DNA of 64,000 nt, taken from contig CT868474.1 of the NCBI GenBank assembly GCA_000165425.1, positions 186,001-250,000 of the forward strand. The letters run 5' to 3'. Below, piece after piece: positions 38,936 through 51,442 of this stretch. Source of the DNA: Paramecium tetraurelia (Eukaryota). The notes beneath the pieces were generated by a model. It was not told the origin of the DNA, did no database searches, and saw nothing but the letters and a program-made list of their open reading frames with translations. The first letter of the stretch is position 1, and every line of letters starts with the position of its first letter. A program made the translations under genes and the position numbers.

Positions 38936-41626
38936 ATGTAATAAATTACAAATTAGAAGTTTGAGTCCCTTAGAGAACAATTGGCCACTTCCTATAAATA
39001 ATCTCAAATATTTTCTACCTACAAACATCAGAACTAGCTCTATTAATCTTCAATAATCAAGAGCGAGGACAGTTGCTTGGAATATAGTAACTTTGAATAA
39101 GAGTAAGAATAAGGAACAATACATTCCTCTGTGAAATCAGTCAAGAAAAAAAAATAATAAGCTCGAGTGGTATGGATTTCATTCATTCCTTTAGATGAAT
39201 TCACAATACAACTAAAAAGAAATACTTTAAAGTGTTACTAAAAACATAATCCCAAAAATCATTATGATATAGAGGAACTATAGGAGATATTTAAATATGA
39301 AATCATTTCAAAAGAAACTTAGATAATTGAGAAATCGGAAATATGTTGTTGTTGAATTTCACTAGATTGAAAAAAATTATAATGAAGACCTAAATATTAT
39401 TGTTGGCAGATTGATGTCAGATATCAGGTAATTCTTATAAATGCTATTTAGTAAGACGTCAATCCATTTTGACTGAAGATGAATTGCTGTCTCTATTTTT
39501 GAATGTTGAGTAAATACAACAACTAAATTACAAATTCTATATTACCATACAATGTAATTACCATTTCTATTTAAGAAATTTTACAAAATTATCGACATTT
39601 TATTATTATTTCATAATAATTCAAGATTTACATCCCTTTTTTTAAAATCTATTATGATTACTGCAGCAGATTTTAATTAGAATATATAAATAAACTACGT
39701 AACACAAAAGTATTATATTGGCTTAATTTATAGGCAGAATTCAACTAGTACCTTCAGAATATTGAAGCCAGTGGACTCCTCAAGGGTTTGACGTTTGAAT
39801 CATTTCTTGTTAAACCAGTATAATAATTACCTAGATATGTGTTGATGATAGAAAAGCTAATTAAATACACAGAATTGAGTCATCCAGATTATCATGATCT
39901 TAAACAAATTCAAGAGTAATTCTATAAAATCAATGAGTAAATCAATTAGATGATGAATACGTATCAATTTCAATATTCTGTTTCTAGTACTCAAAGCAAT
40001 TTGAAATTACTGGCCTAATTCGGAACAATTGATTAATAGGAAATTGAGATGATCTAAAAAAAGTAGTTAGAAGAAGAGCAATTTCTTAAAAATTTATAAT
40101 AATAGGTGTCTATACACATTGTATCCACTTTCAAATAGAAAGATGGTATAAATACATTCATAGTCTATATAATCTAAGTAACTTTATTATTTCTATTGAA
40201 AGATTTAAATTAATAATTATAGGATCAGAACATATCAAAGGTATAGCGATTTACTGGAACTTGAAACGACTCTTTTAGACAGAAATTTTGATATAGAAGG
40301 ATTACAAAGTAACTGTGCAAATTTAATCTCAGAAAATAAATTAATCAAACTTCGTCAAGAATCCATATTATATTTCTTAAAATCCATATTCTTGAACAAA
40401 TAGATGAAGCAGTATGAAGATATTCTCATATCACATCTTGATCTACCTGAAAATTTCTTCGCAATCGATAAAATCCACAATGAAACTCTAGTTACAATGA
40501 GAGGCAGTTACACAACTTAGATGAGAAACACCCTGTTTTAAGAGGATGAATTTGAAATCAAAGTAATTTTACCAGATGATAAAAACATTACTCTGAACAT
40601 TACTTAGCACTGCAAAACTATTGATTTAATAGACACAGTGTGTAGATCCATCTTTTTAGATAGAAACTTCGATTTCAAATTGATGATCTTCTAGAACAAT
40701 ACTTGTCGATATTTAGATGACAATGAGGTTGTTTATAAGGTTATGAAAAACTACAATAACAAATAACAAAGTATGATAGTTCTTTTATAATAGATTTCTT
40801 ATCTAAATTTTTCAACGGGATATATTATTCAGTGAGTTCTAAGCAAGAGCCAAAGTTTTATTTGAAGAAATACTTGTATCTCTGCTATGAAATAGAATTT
40901 TAAGAGTTTAGTAAAAATAAAAGGAGATCTCAATTATTATTTTACTAGGAGTTATCACAAATGAAATTCAATCATTCTCACATGAGTTAGCAAGAATATG
41001 TAATACAATGTGCACTTGCCATTTGCATTCTATATAACAATGATGTTCATAAAATTAAGACATTCGAATAAGTGAGAATGTAATGGTTTCAGAACTTTGT
41101 GCCTTTACTAATTTTAAATAGTATTAAGAAAGCTGAATGGAAAAGATAAATATTCTAATAGATTCAAAACCTTTTGACAGAATTGCAAGTTCAAAAGTTT
41201 CAGCTAAGTTTGAACAACGAAATAAGAATATTGGAAATTGAGTTTCTAAACAATCTCTATAAATAAAAACTACATGGAATCAAGCTATTTACCGTAAAAA
41301 TGTTATAAAATTCATTTTTAAATTCATAAAAAAGAATGCCTATTAAAGTATCCTTAGGTATCCTTCATAATGAAATTTAAATATTTGAATAAAATTAAAG
41401 TATTCCACTGATGTCATTGCCAATTCAGTAAATGCAGCAATTGTCTATTTAGAATAGTGTAATGACAACTACTTTTCTTGAAGGGGTTATCACTTTTCAA
41501 CATTAGTCAATATTGGAAGTCTACAGATTAATGGAAGAATACTAATAAATTAGTCTTCTAAAATAGAACTTAGGTCATCCAGATATGATAGAAACGAACG
41601 ATGTCAGTTAAAGTTAAATTATATGA
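38936..41626 (+). CDS. RhoGEF (DH-domain) protein with C-terminal FERM-like region
   Basis: RKYVVVEFHQIEKNYNEDL and FLVKPVQQLPRYVLMIEKLIKYTELSHPDY (DH); FEIKVILPDDKNITL...KFYLKKYLY resembles FERM (weaker). Confidence 0.72.
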
Positions 41627-41699
41627 CTTTATTTATTAATTTATAATTAAATTTTGAGTTTAATAATCATAAATGTTCAAAAATGATCTCAAATCTAAA

Positions 41700-42809
41700 T
41701 TATTATTTTATCTCTCCTTACTAATTCTTATTTGCTTTCATTTAATGATTGATCAGTATTGGAACTAAATTTCATATTTTGAATATATTTAGATTGGTAC
41801 TGAGTTGGATTATTTACTTTTTATTATGTTAATTCAAGCCAAGGATACTTGTTTTGAATAAGTCTATAAAATGGACAATTTTATTATTTTTGCAATCATA
41901 AAGTCAAGCATTTCTGATGAAAGATATGAAAATAAAGAGTTTCAATGAATTCTCAATAATTAAGGGATTAAGTACCTATAGATTCTTTAGGTGCTTCTAC
42001 TTATACTTAGTTCAATTACTCAATCCTCATTCCACTTATACGAAGAGCCTATTATTGGCTTATAAATTTTTTAGTTTTCCAAACACTTAGAGCACAAGTA
42101 ATTAACAATAGAACCCCTATAACAGTTCCAAAAGTAATAATTATTATTTTATTCCTTTCAATATCCCCATAATCTGATGATTCATTTGATATATAGTGAA
42201 AATCAATCGAAAATGAATCAATTGATCTGTAGATGAAATAGTTATTAATATCTTCTGTAAAATTATAATATCGAAATATGCTTTTTAGGACTTATTATTA
42301 TATAATCCAATGTAAAGGGTATTGCTTACTTCTTAACTTTCAATTAACCTGGAAAGTTCAATTTCCAAAAAAGTACCATTGGCTAAAATTACACTTTTAG
42401 ACAAGTTAGGAATTTCCAATTAAGAAATTTGTCTAAATGACAAACTATATACTTGATGTAGATTTATACAAATATACATACAGATTTATCATCTATGCTG
42501 CTATATTAATAAAGGAAGAAATTCCATTGAAAGGAGTCTAAAATTACACTTACTGGAAGCACTAGTCATAAGATAGTTGGATGAAAGTTAACAAAAGAAA
42601 CAATAAGATTTACTTACAAATTCTGGTTATTGTATCCCTGACAATCATTGATGCAACCTGATTTATAGGAATCTCTTTATAGGTTAACAAATATTCAATT
42701 TGAATATCTTATTATGATGATATTATAATAAATAGATCTAGTTAAAACAAAAGTATTCAATAAGTTATGAATTGCTATTTGATTGTATTACTATGAAAGT
42801 GATAAACAT
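41700..42809 (-). pseudogene. decayed TM + RING-H2 ligase gene
   Basis: ETLYFHIFHQKCLTL*LQKQQNCPFYR: conserved Trp is TGA (41896-41898), Cys ligands are Tyr, first CxxC is missing, and there are frameshifts upstream; ends approximate. Confidence 0.65.
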
Positions 42810-43079
42810 TTTAGTTTTGATTTGATTGTTTAATTTCAAATTTGAATGTCATTATCTGTAGGTCTAAATCATCATTTGATACGAAGCAGGAAGCAGTTTA
42901 ATCCTTGTTAAGAACTAAAGGTAATTAGAATTTGGTGACTATGCTTTGAACCATTTGTGTAAAATTGGTTTTCAAGAGAATAGTTTGATTAATTTGAACT
43001 GTGCCCTTATGATTATATGCATTACAAATGAGAAAGATGAATATAAGTATCATCATTATAATTATATTTTATATTTTAA

Positions 43080-43931
43080 ATGGGAAATTAATGCAAGGGA
43101 TAGTATTGTGATAATGAATATCGAGAGGAAGTGTCACATACTCCATTGGACATATTCAATAAGATTGTAAAAATATAAGCAATCATACGGGGATTCCTGT
43201 CAAGAAGATAAAAGCTTATATTGAAAAATAATAAATAATTATTAATTGAGGAAAGGAGGATCTTAAAAAAGTTTGGATTTCATAAATTGGAACACATATT
43301 AACCTGCAGGATTCTGAGGAAGAAAAACATTAAGATTTTAGTTTAGGATACCTAGGCATATGTTGGTGAAACTAATAGTTAAAATTAACCACATGGAATA
43401 GGAAGAATAGTGTACTCAAATAATAGTTATAAAGAAGGAGAATTTCAAAATGGAGAATTACGTAAAGGAATCTATTATTTCAATGATGTTATATTGCAAG
43501 GGTAATTTCAAAATAATTTATTACATGGCAGAGGCAGAACAAAGTTAAAAGATGGAACCATTTATGAAGGTGGATTTGAAAGAGGAATCAGAAGTGGATA
43601 TGGCAAATTAACAGACACCAATGGCAATATTTTCGAAGGTCAGTTTAAAAATGGATTATTAAATGGAGATGGAGAATTCGTTGGAAAAGATGGTAGATAT
43701 TATAATGGAGAATGGTTAAATGGCAAATATCATGGAAGAGGAGAATTACTGTTTCCTGATGGTTAAAAGTATGTTGGAGAATTTGAGAATCACAGAAGAC
43801 ATGGCTTTGGTCAACAAATTACCTAACATGGTTAATATATAGGAACTTGGAAAAATGGGAAATAGTGTGGAGAAGGCTAATTGCTCTTTAATGGTTAACA
43901 GATAAAATGTATTAATGGATGTTATAAGTGA
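43080..43931 (+). CDS. IQ-motif + MORN-repeat protein (MGNQC N-terminus)
   Basis: Intronless 284-codon frame; IVKIQAIIRGFLSRR followed by YxGxF/W...HGxG repeats. Confidence 0.88.
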
Positions 43932-44074
43932 TTTTGAAACGAATTTTCTACTTATTTTTATTTATGACTCTATATATATGAATTGTTAATCCAGTTGTTT
44001 AACCATAACTAACTAATAGATCAGAATGCTGTTAAATATATTTTATATCATAATATAAGAATTAGAACATCAAT

Positions 44075-44139
44075 CATTGGATCTCTTCAGAAAATAAATT
44101 TTTGTTATTTAAACTTAGTTTCTTCATTCATGGTCAATG
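44075..44139 (-). promoter_or_regulatory. SECIS element (eukaryotic type I) in 3' UTR
   Basis: Helix I CAUUG/CAAUG; core AUGAA...UGAA; helix II GAAACUAAGUUU/AAAUUUAUUUUC (11 of 12 pair); apical loop AAAUAACAA. Confidence 0.88.
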
Positions 44140-44176
44140 TACCAACTCATTATATTATATCAATTTGTAAGAGACT

Positions 44177-44524
44177 TCAAGCCTCAACATAATTCTTCAA
44201 TTTATTTAATATTGGCTGGCATGTTTTCTCATTAAAGATGCCATCGCCATTCTTTTTTGAATGAACTACTGATTTGTTACCTCCTTTAGTAACTTCTATT
44301 TCAAAATAACCAGAAACCTAATTATTATTTTAATGTTTTACATTTGGAGTTTGTTCACCTGTTACCTTGGCATTAGGATAGATAATTGATAAACATTCGA
44401 CAAAGAAATTGTAGAACTAGCCATATCCTCATCCACTGCAATAGACAATATGAATTGAAAATTCTGCGTCTTTCTTTGTACTCATTTATTTAACTGATTC
44501 AGGAACTGTAGGTTTAGAGCCCAT
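44177..44524 (-). CDS. selenoprotein W-like (Rdx family), Sec at codon 32
   Basis: IHIVYCSG[TGA]GY...TGEQTPNVSGYFEIEV...VVHSKKNGDG matches SelW; TGA at 44429-44431; 24-nt intron 44318-44341; 107 aa; SECIS downstream. Confidence 0.92.
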
Positions 44525-45596
44525 TTTATATATATATTATTTAAATTAATAAATCTTGTTTGTTATTAAAATATAGATAAATTATATGAATCATTTCTTA
44601 ATTTCTTAAAATTATCACTAACTTTTAATAATTGCTTCATTTAGATAAATATATTCTATATGATCCTAAAATAGATGGAGGAATTTTATATATTTATATA
44701 GATTTAAAATTTTGAAATGACTATTTCTATTATTTCCCTGTTTTGGATTCAAGAATTGTGCTTTTTTAGAGAGATTTATTATTAAAAGTTTGGAACAGCA
44801 GGGAACTTAAGTTATATTAAGAACTAGATAGAATTAACATTTAATTTTGAAATAGGAATTATTATCATACTAATTATTACCAATCAAAAAAATTTATCTT
44901 GAATATAGAGATGAATTTAATTGAAGAATTTCATAAGAATTAACAGAATATCAAAAATACTTAACAAAGAATAAAATGCACAAATATTTAGATAATTAAG
45001 TGGAAGACTTGAATAAGATTAACATACTGGTTTAGATGATATGTTAAGAATTAATCATATAAATGAAAATCGTAAATGGATGATTAAATTCAAAGGAAAA
45101 AATCAAAATTTATGTTTACATTAACATTATTTTCAAAGCAGCTTAATAAACTTTTTAGTACGTTAATTGTCTAAATGAGTACAATTCAACAACCGAATAT
45201 ATCTCTATAAATTGATACTACATCATCTGATTTGTAGAATTTAGAATTTTTTAAGAAAATCTTTTTTGTTTTACTAAAATAGTTGGATCCATAATTAAGT
45301 AGAGTATAAAATTAATAAACAGCTCCTTACATAATGTCAGTAGAGTAATCTTGGATCCTTATGTTTTTTAAGCAGCCACATACATAAATATATATATCAT
45401 GGTAATAACATAGGCTCCAAATAAATATTAGTGATGAGAAGTAATGGAAATGAATTCGAAATGAAATAATCTATAACCAAAGGAAATTGAGCACTTTATG
45501 TATAAGATCCGTATGATAACTACCATGAATTAAAGGAAATCAAAAGATTAAATAATCAACCATTATTAAGATTATTAAAAATACAATTGTATATAT

Positions 45597-45835
45597 ATGC
45601 TTAGTAAATTCTTTTTTAATAATTCATTAGTTAGCTAAAATTATTGACTAATAAGCATACTCAAGTTGAAAAGATTGAAGTGACCAACACATCTAGAGGA
45701 TGGTAGATTGGAAATTGAATGGTTTGTTTTATAAGGTAGATCAAAAGTGAATTACATTAAATGGTTGTAGAGGCACTAACGATTGAGTTTTCAGATACTA
45801 ATGAATGTACAATTAAAACTCACATCCTTAAATGA
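45597..45835 (+). pseudogene. BolA-like remnant
   Basis: VEKIEVTNTSRG and ELHQMVVEALTIEFSDTNECTIKT resemble the two halves of BolA3; the frames do not join and the middle is missing. Confidence 0.4.
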
Positions 45836-45873
45836 ATGATATTATTTGTTTTATACTAAAATCTAATTTAATT

Positions 45874-46401
45874 ATGTTTTAGGGCAAACCCTCTAAGATC
45901 TTAACCCTTCTACTTATACATCAAAATAACTAGATTTTGTTAGCCATGAAAAAGAGAGGGTTTGGAATGGGCAAATACAATGGATTTGGAGGTAAAGTGG
46001 AAAAGAATGGAGAATCAATTTTTTAAGCAGCAATAAGGGAAACTTAAGAGGAAGGTTGTATTACTCCTACAGATGCATAGTTTATTGGGTATATCAAGAT
46101 GGATTATGACTGTGAAAAAGAAACACTCAAAGTACATATCTTCAAGGCCACTCAATTTGATGGAGAAGTTAAAGAGACCGAAGAAATGAAACCACAATGG
46201 TTCGATGTTGCAAAAATACCCTACAATTAAATGTGGATTGATGATTAATATTGGTTTCCATATATGCTTGAGAACAAATGTTTTTCTGGCTATTTGCAAT
46301 TTGAAGGACATGAGAAATTAATCTTATCAGAATTAAAAGAAGTTACAAATTAAGAGTTAATGAGCATTTCAGAGATGGAATCTGAAATAAGATTGTAATG
46401 A
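45874..46401 (+). CDS. NUDT1: 8-oxo-dGTPase, Nudix hydrolase (MTH1-like)
   Basis: [60 protein letters not shown]; intronless. Confidence 0.92.
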
Positions 46402-46486
46402 TCAATTATATTTCGTCATTAATTAAAAATGTATAATCAAAGTTCTTGTGTTTACATACAGAAAAATGCATAAATTAAATTATTAA

Positions 46487-47531
46487 ATGAAGAAAACACT
46501 TACAAGATATTTAGTTGAAATACCAACACATGAATATTAAGATAAGAAGGTCTATTATGTTATCAAAGTAACCAATTTGGAGACTAATGATTACAAAGAA
46601 GTCAAAAAACGTTACTCTGAATTAGAATCCATCCACTATAAAATTTTGGACTGGATAAGCATATTCAAAATTAAAATCCCTTAGTTATAATTTCCAAAAA
46701 AAAAACTTCTTTTCAGCACTAATCTATCGGAAGAGAGTGTTATTAAGCGAGTATCTTATTTTATTATGCTAGAGGGCTGAATTATAATAATATTTTAATG
46801 ATGTTATCCAACATCCTGAATTACAAAGTTTAGGGTCCATCGAAGAATTCATACCAGTTACAAAAAACCGAAAACTTCCTGATCAGAATTAAATTACACA
46901 AGCAACTAATAATTAATGGTCAGAAATAGAAGCATTAAAAAAGTCTTACTTGGCCAAACATGAGAATCAAGTTTTTTCATTGCCTTTACAAAAACCATAA
47001 TAATAAATTAAGTATATTTCATCGATATCTTCAAATTAGATAACAATACACTTTTAAGTTTGGAGATCATGCATTCTATGATAATTCTGCTATTTATACC
47101 ATCGAAATTACTGATCATTATGCTAATAAGAGCTGGAAATTTAATTAAAGATATCAAGACTTGAAGGAAAATCATAGATAATTAAAAAAAATCAAAATTC
47201 CCTTTGAATTGCCAGAGTTTCCCCAAAAAAAGGTCATAAATTCCATGGATAATAGTGATTTAAAAGACAGAAAAACATAATTAGAAGTGTACCTCAACTC
47301 TATCTTTAAGTAAATTTAATAGTCTAAATCTTTAGATATCATGAATTAGTTTCCAGTAACCTTATGGTCTTCTTCATTGCCAAAAGCCAATTGGATGGCA
47401 ATGAAATAGGATGTAGATCAAAAGGGCCTTCATAAACAACCCTAGAAAATTCAAGTATAAAAAGCCAATCAAATATCTTGGATTAAAATGATGACTTTGA
47501 TCCCAAACAACCGAGAAAAATTACCTGTTGA
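46487..47531 (+). CDS. tandem PX-domain protein
   Basis: KKRYSEL...FPKKK...RRAELQQYF and QRYQDL...FPQKK...DRKTQLEVYL. Confidence 0.8.
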
Positions 47532-47591
47532 TGTTCTCCTACTTAATTTGTATATATAATAATTTTAACAGTAAAATAATTAAATATTCAA

Positions 47592-49566
47592 ATGAGCTAC
47601 AATAGCAAAACTATTGATTTGATTCTCAAGGTTTAAGAACCAAATTAAAAGTAATTCACCTCTTTCCAATAATTCTTCAAAACTAATAACCCACCGCCAT
47701 TATTATTTGAAAAAAACATTACTCCAAAAAATGTCAAAGCATAACGTTCCTTCTCTAATAAAACATAAGATTCAATTAAGGAAACTAAAAGAAAAAGTCT
47801 TAGCCAACTTAAATATCCAGAATATAGGATGCTAAAAATATATGCTAGAATTAAGCCTGGAGAATGCTAACTTAACTTTGATAAGTAATCAATTCTTATT
47901 GAAACCAACTCTTATAATTTTGATAGAGTATTTGAATAATCTGCCACACAAGTATATTAATAAATAATCAAAGGTGGAAATTTTCGATGTAGTGGCAAAA
48001 CAAACAGTAGATGATTTTCTTCATAATATAAATGGATGCTTAATAGCATATGGACAGACTGGAAGCGGAAAAACGTTTACTATGTTTGGAGAATCGAATG
48101 ATCCTGGAATAGTTTTAAGAACATTCACACATTTGTTTAAAAGAAATTAAGAAACTATTTATGTTTCAATTCTTGAAATATATAAAGATCATGTTTATGA
48201 TCTTGTTTCTGGAGTTTAAGACTTGAAATTGAAAGAAGACTTGTAATTAGGTTTCTATGTTGACGGATTAAAAAAGATTGTAACAATTTAAATAATTTAA
48301 TTTAGAAAGTTGATAAATTAGAGAGTTGCACTGAATTACTCTAGATAGCTGAAGAAAATAGACATGTGGCTGAGACTAAATTGAATGCCTTGAGTAGTAG
48401 AAGTCATCTAATCTTGACCATTTAGATGGGAAGAGCTAAACTTCATTTAGTTGATTTGGCAGGGAGTGAAAAAGTTAATAAAACTGGGGCTATTGGTGAA
48501 ACACTCTAGGAAGCAAAGAAAATTAATTATTCATTATCTTGTCTGGGACATGTCATACAATGTTTATCATAGGGTTAGGATCATATTCCATATAGGGATT
48601 CTAAGCTTACTAAGTTATTGATGGATAGTCTACAGGCAGACTGCAGAACATCAATTGTAATATAATATATGAGATTTCTAGATTGTGGCGATATCACCTG
48701 AAAATAAAAATTAAGATGAAACTGTTTCATCTTTAAAATTTGCTTAGAGAGCTAGATTTATCAAAAAGGAAATCAGGATTGCCACATAGAAAAAAACATA
48801 CAGAGATTTAGAATTGGAAATTAGTTAACTCAAATAGGAATTATTGGAAACAAAATAGAGAATGAGCTAGACAAGTTCAGTTTCACATTTTCAATGTCGA
48901 TATATTACTGATTCTGAAATTCCTTGTTCTGACAGTTTAAGATTGACTTATAGAAGTTTGAACACTGAAAACAAGGAAAACTGTTTGCCCAATCTCAAAA
49001 TGCAAGAAAATAGTGCTTAATTAGAATTAGATAAAAAGATCAGTTAAATTCAGATAGAATTACAAGGATTAAATAAAGAGTAGAATTTAGATAATGTTAA
49101 AAAGCAACTTTCAAAAATAAATGAGTTAACTATTGAAATGAAGAAATCCTATAAACTCTTAGTTAGTACTCAAGGTTTGAATAACAATCATTTACAAATC
49201 CAAAGTTAATTTATAGAAACTTAATAAGAACAAAATAAACAGTTACAAAAAATTGCAGAGTAAATCTCAAATATGGACTCTAGCAAACCAAGTTTCAATA
49301 TTGCCATTAATAATATGATTAAGAATCTCTAGTAATAATAGAAATAAAACATTGAAGATATGCAAAGTAAATTAGAAAAAATGTATTATGATATTAAAAA
49401 AACTACCATTGCTTAAGACTATAATTTAAGTCATCTGGCATTAAAACTAGTTGCATCTCCTAATAGATAACAATAATACTAATAATAACAATATTAATAA
49501 ATAAAAAGATCGAAATCAAAAACAAGCATGAATCCTTCTGTAAAGTATTTGAAAAATAAAAAATGA
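47592..49566 (+). CDS. kinesin motor protein (subfamily unclear)
   Basis: AYGQTGSGKT, NALSSRSH, LVDLAGSEK, INYSLSCLGHVI, HIPYRDSKLTKLL. Confidence 0.9.
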
Positions 49567-49600
49567 TTATAATTAATCCATATATTATACTATATAAAGA

Positions 49601-50762
49601 TCATTTCATTTTTCCATTTGATTTGAGCTCTTTTCTGACAATTCTTGAAAATGGTCCAATATATCCATCAAATATGTATGCTAAAATTGCTAATGTGTAA
49701 TTTGTATGGTATGGCAATTAATCATAGAATTCAGGGGCGATTTTCTTAACTAGAGGTAATCTAGACCAAGGAATGTTTGGGAAATCATGATGTTCGGTAT
49801 GATATCCTAAATTTAAAATAAAAAAGTTGGCAATGCCGAGATAATTATATGTTTCTAATCTATTAATAAATTCGTAATGTTCTGTGATTAGGTGAGCAGC
49901 TAGAGGGTGTACACTATTTAATATTGATTAAATTAGTACCTTAATCCAAAATAGGTTGATAATATTAACCATCCCAAAGCTGATGGTCCTATGTACATAT
50001 ATATCAGTGTATTTGATACTATTATTGATACTAAGTTTAAGATTTCATATTTATTTGGCACCAATGGTCTGATAAACATTGGTCTAAGCGAATAGAATAA
50101 AGGCAAAAAAAGCATAAATAAAAATTTACGCAATGGTCCTTTGATATGATCTATCTCCCATTATGATGGCAAATCGGGATCTAGATCAGGCAAATTCATA
50201 AACGTGTGGTGATCTGAATGATATCTATTAAATAAAAATAAAAATATACCTTCCAAAAGTAATGGCAGATGGAACTCCCTATCCAAAATTCAAGAAGATG
50301 GCCATTAATTTATTGTATTACACACTCTCAAAGCACAAATAATGGGTAAAATCATGCATTAAAGCATGAAGAGCATGGCTTAAGACCGCTCCGATGCAGT
50401 AGGATGAGACTATATACAATAACCAATTTGTGGTTGCAAAGAAATTTAAACACCAAAATTGAGCCAGAACGATGCCAATCCCTAGCCATGCTGACATAAG
50501 GTCTGGACCAAAAAGAATTTTTATTTCTGGGTGTTTTTAGAGTATTTGTTTCCTTCTTTATGCATGGGGTTCCTCATGTCCTTGAAATATTGAATTATAT
50601 CATACCCATGATATGAAAATAAGTCTTATTTTTTTCAAAATTCGTTTTTGAAAAAATTGAGTCATTCGAGGAAGAAGAAATGTGTCCATTTTTCAGCACT
50701 TGTTCTTTAAGGAGCTCAGGCTCATTTGTATCTTCTAATAAGCCTTGTTTGTTAAGGAACAT
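49601..50762 (-). CDS. sphingolipid delta-4 desaturase (DEGS1/DES1-like)
   Basis: EEPHAQRRKQILQKHPEIKILFGPD; His boxes HDFTH, YHSDHH, YHTEHHDFPNIPWSRLP. Confidence 0.93.
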
Positions 50763-51442
50763 TTTGAAATAAATTATTAATATGTATGAATTTTTTTAGA
50801 TTTCTGTTTTTGGTTTAATAATATTATAGCAGAATTTATTAAAATATTGCATTAAAAATAATAATACGTATTATTATTAGGAGAAAATTTTGGCTAAATA
50901 ACACTCAGAAGGTTAGAATTTTACTGTGTCTATTGTTCTTTTTGTTATTTTTAATATTGCCTTAATCTAGTAGGGAAGACAATTTACTTTTAATATTCCT
51001 TACATTCCTAGTTATTTTGCAAAATACATTCTTTAAAGCACTAAGTTTACATATAATAGATGAAATAAGTGTTGTTTTAGGTTGATAACCACAATTAAAT
51101 GATAATCAGCGTATGAAAAGCTAAAGGTTATACTTTCTTTAAATGTAACAAAATTCAAATAAAAATTATCAATTCATACTTGAATGATAAATATTTAAAA
51201 GGATCCTTTAAAGAATACGTAAGTAATAAAAATATAAAGGAAAACCTAATAAATTTTACAAAAGCTTTTTAAGGGACAAGTAGAACTTCATCAACATTCA
51301 ACCTTTGAGAAATAATTTATTTTAAATAAAAAAATTCCTTTTGTAAAAAAAGTCATTTTTTTAATATAAACAATTATTATATTAAAAGTATCTAAATTAA
51401 TATAATTTATGAATTGCGTTTCTAATTGAATTGATTATAATG

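Noticed and set aside
41896..41898. TGA at the conserved RING Trp (and likewise 59398-59400 in Tubby) as UGA=Trp or Sec recoding
   Set aside because: Both loci carry other lesions (frameshifts, lost Cys), the positions are Trp rather than Cys, and I saw no SECIS; TGG-to-TGA nonsense in pseudogenes is simpler
44585..45570. Plus-strand coding-like stretch upstream of SelW
   Set aside because: Several frames end in TGA and there is no recognisable domain; not supportable
18503..49566. Three kinesin genes as a functional cluster
   Set aside because: Different subfamilies and orientations; kinesins are numerous in ciliate genomes, so proximity is plausibly chance
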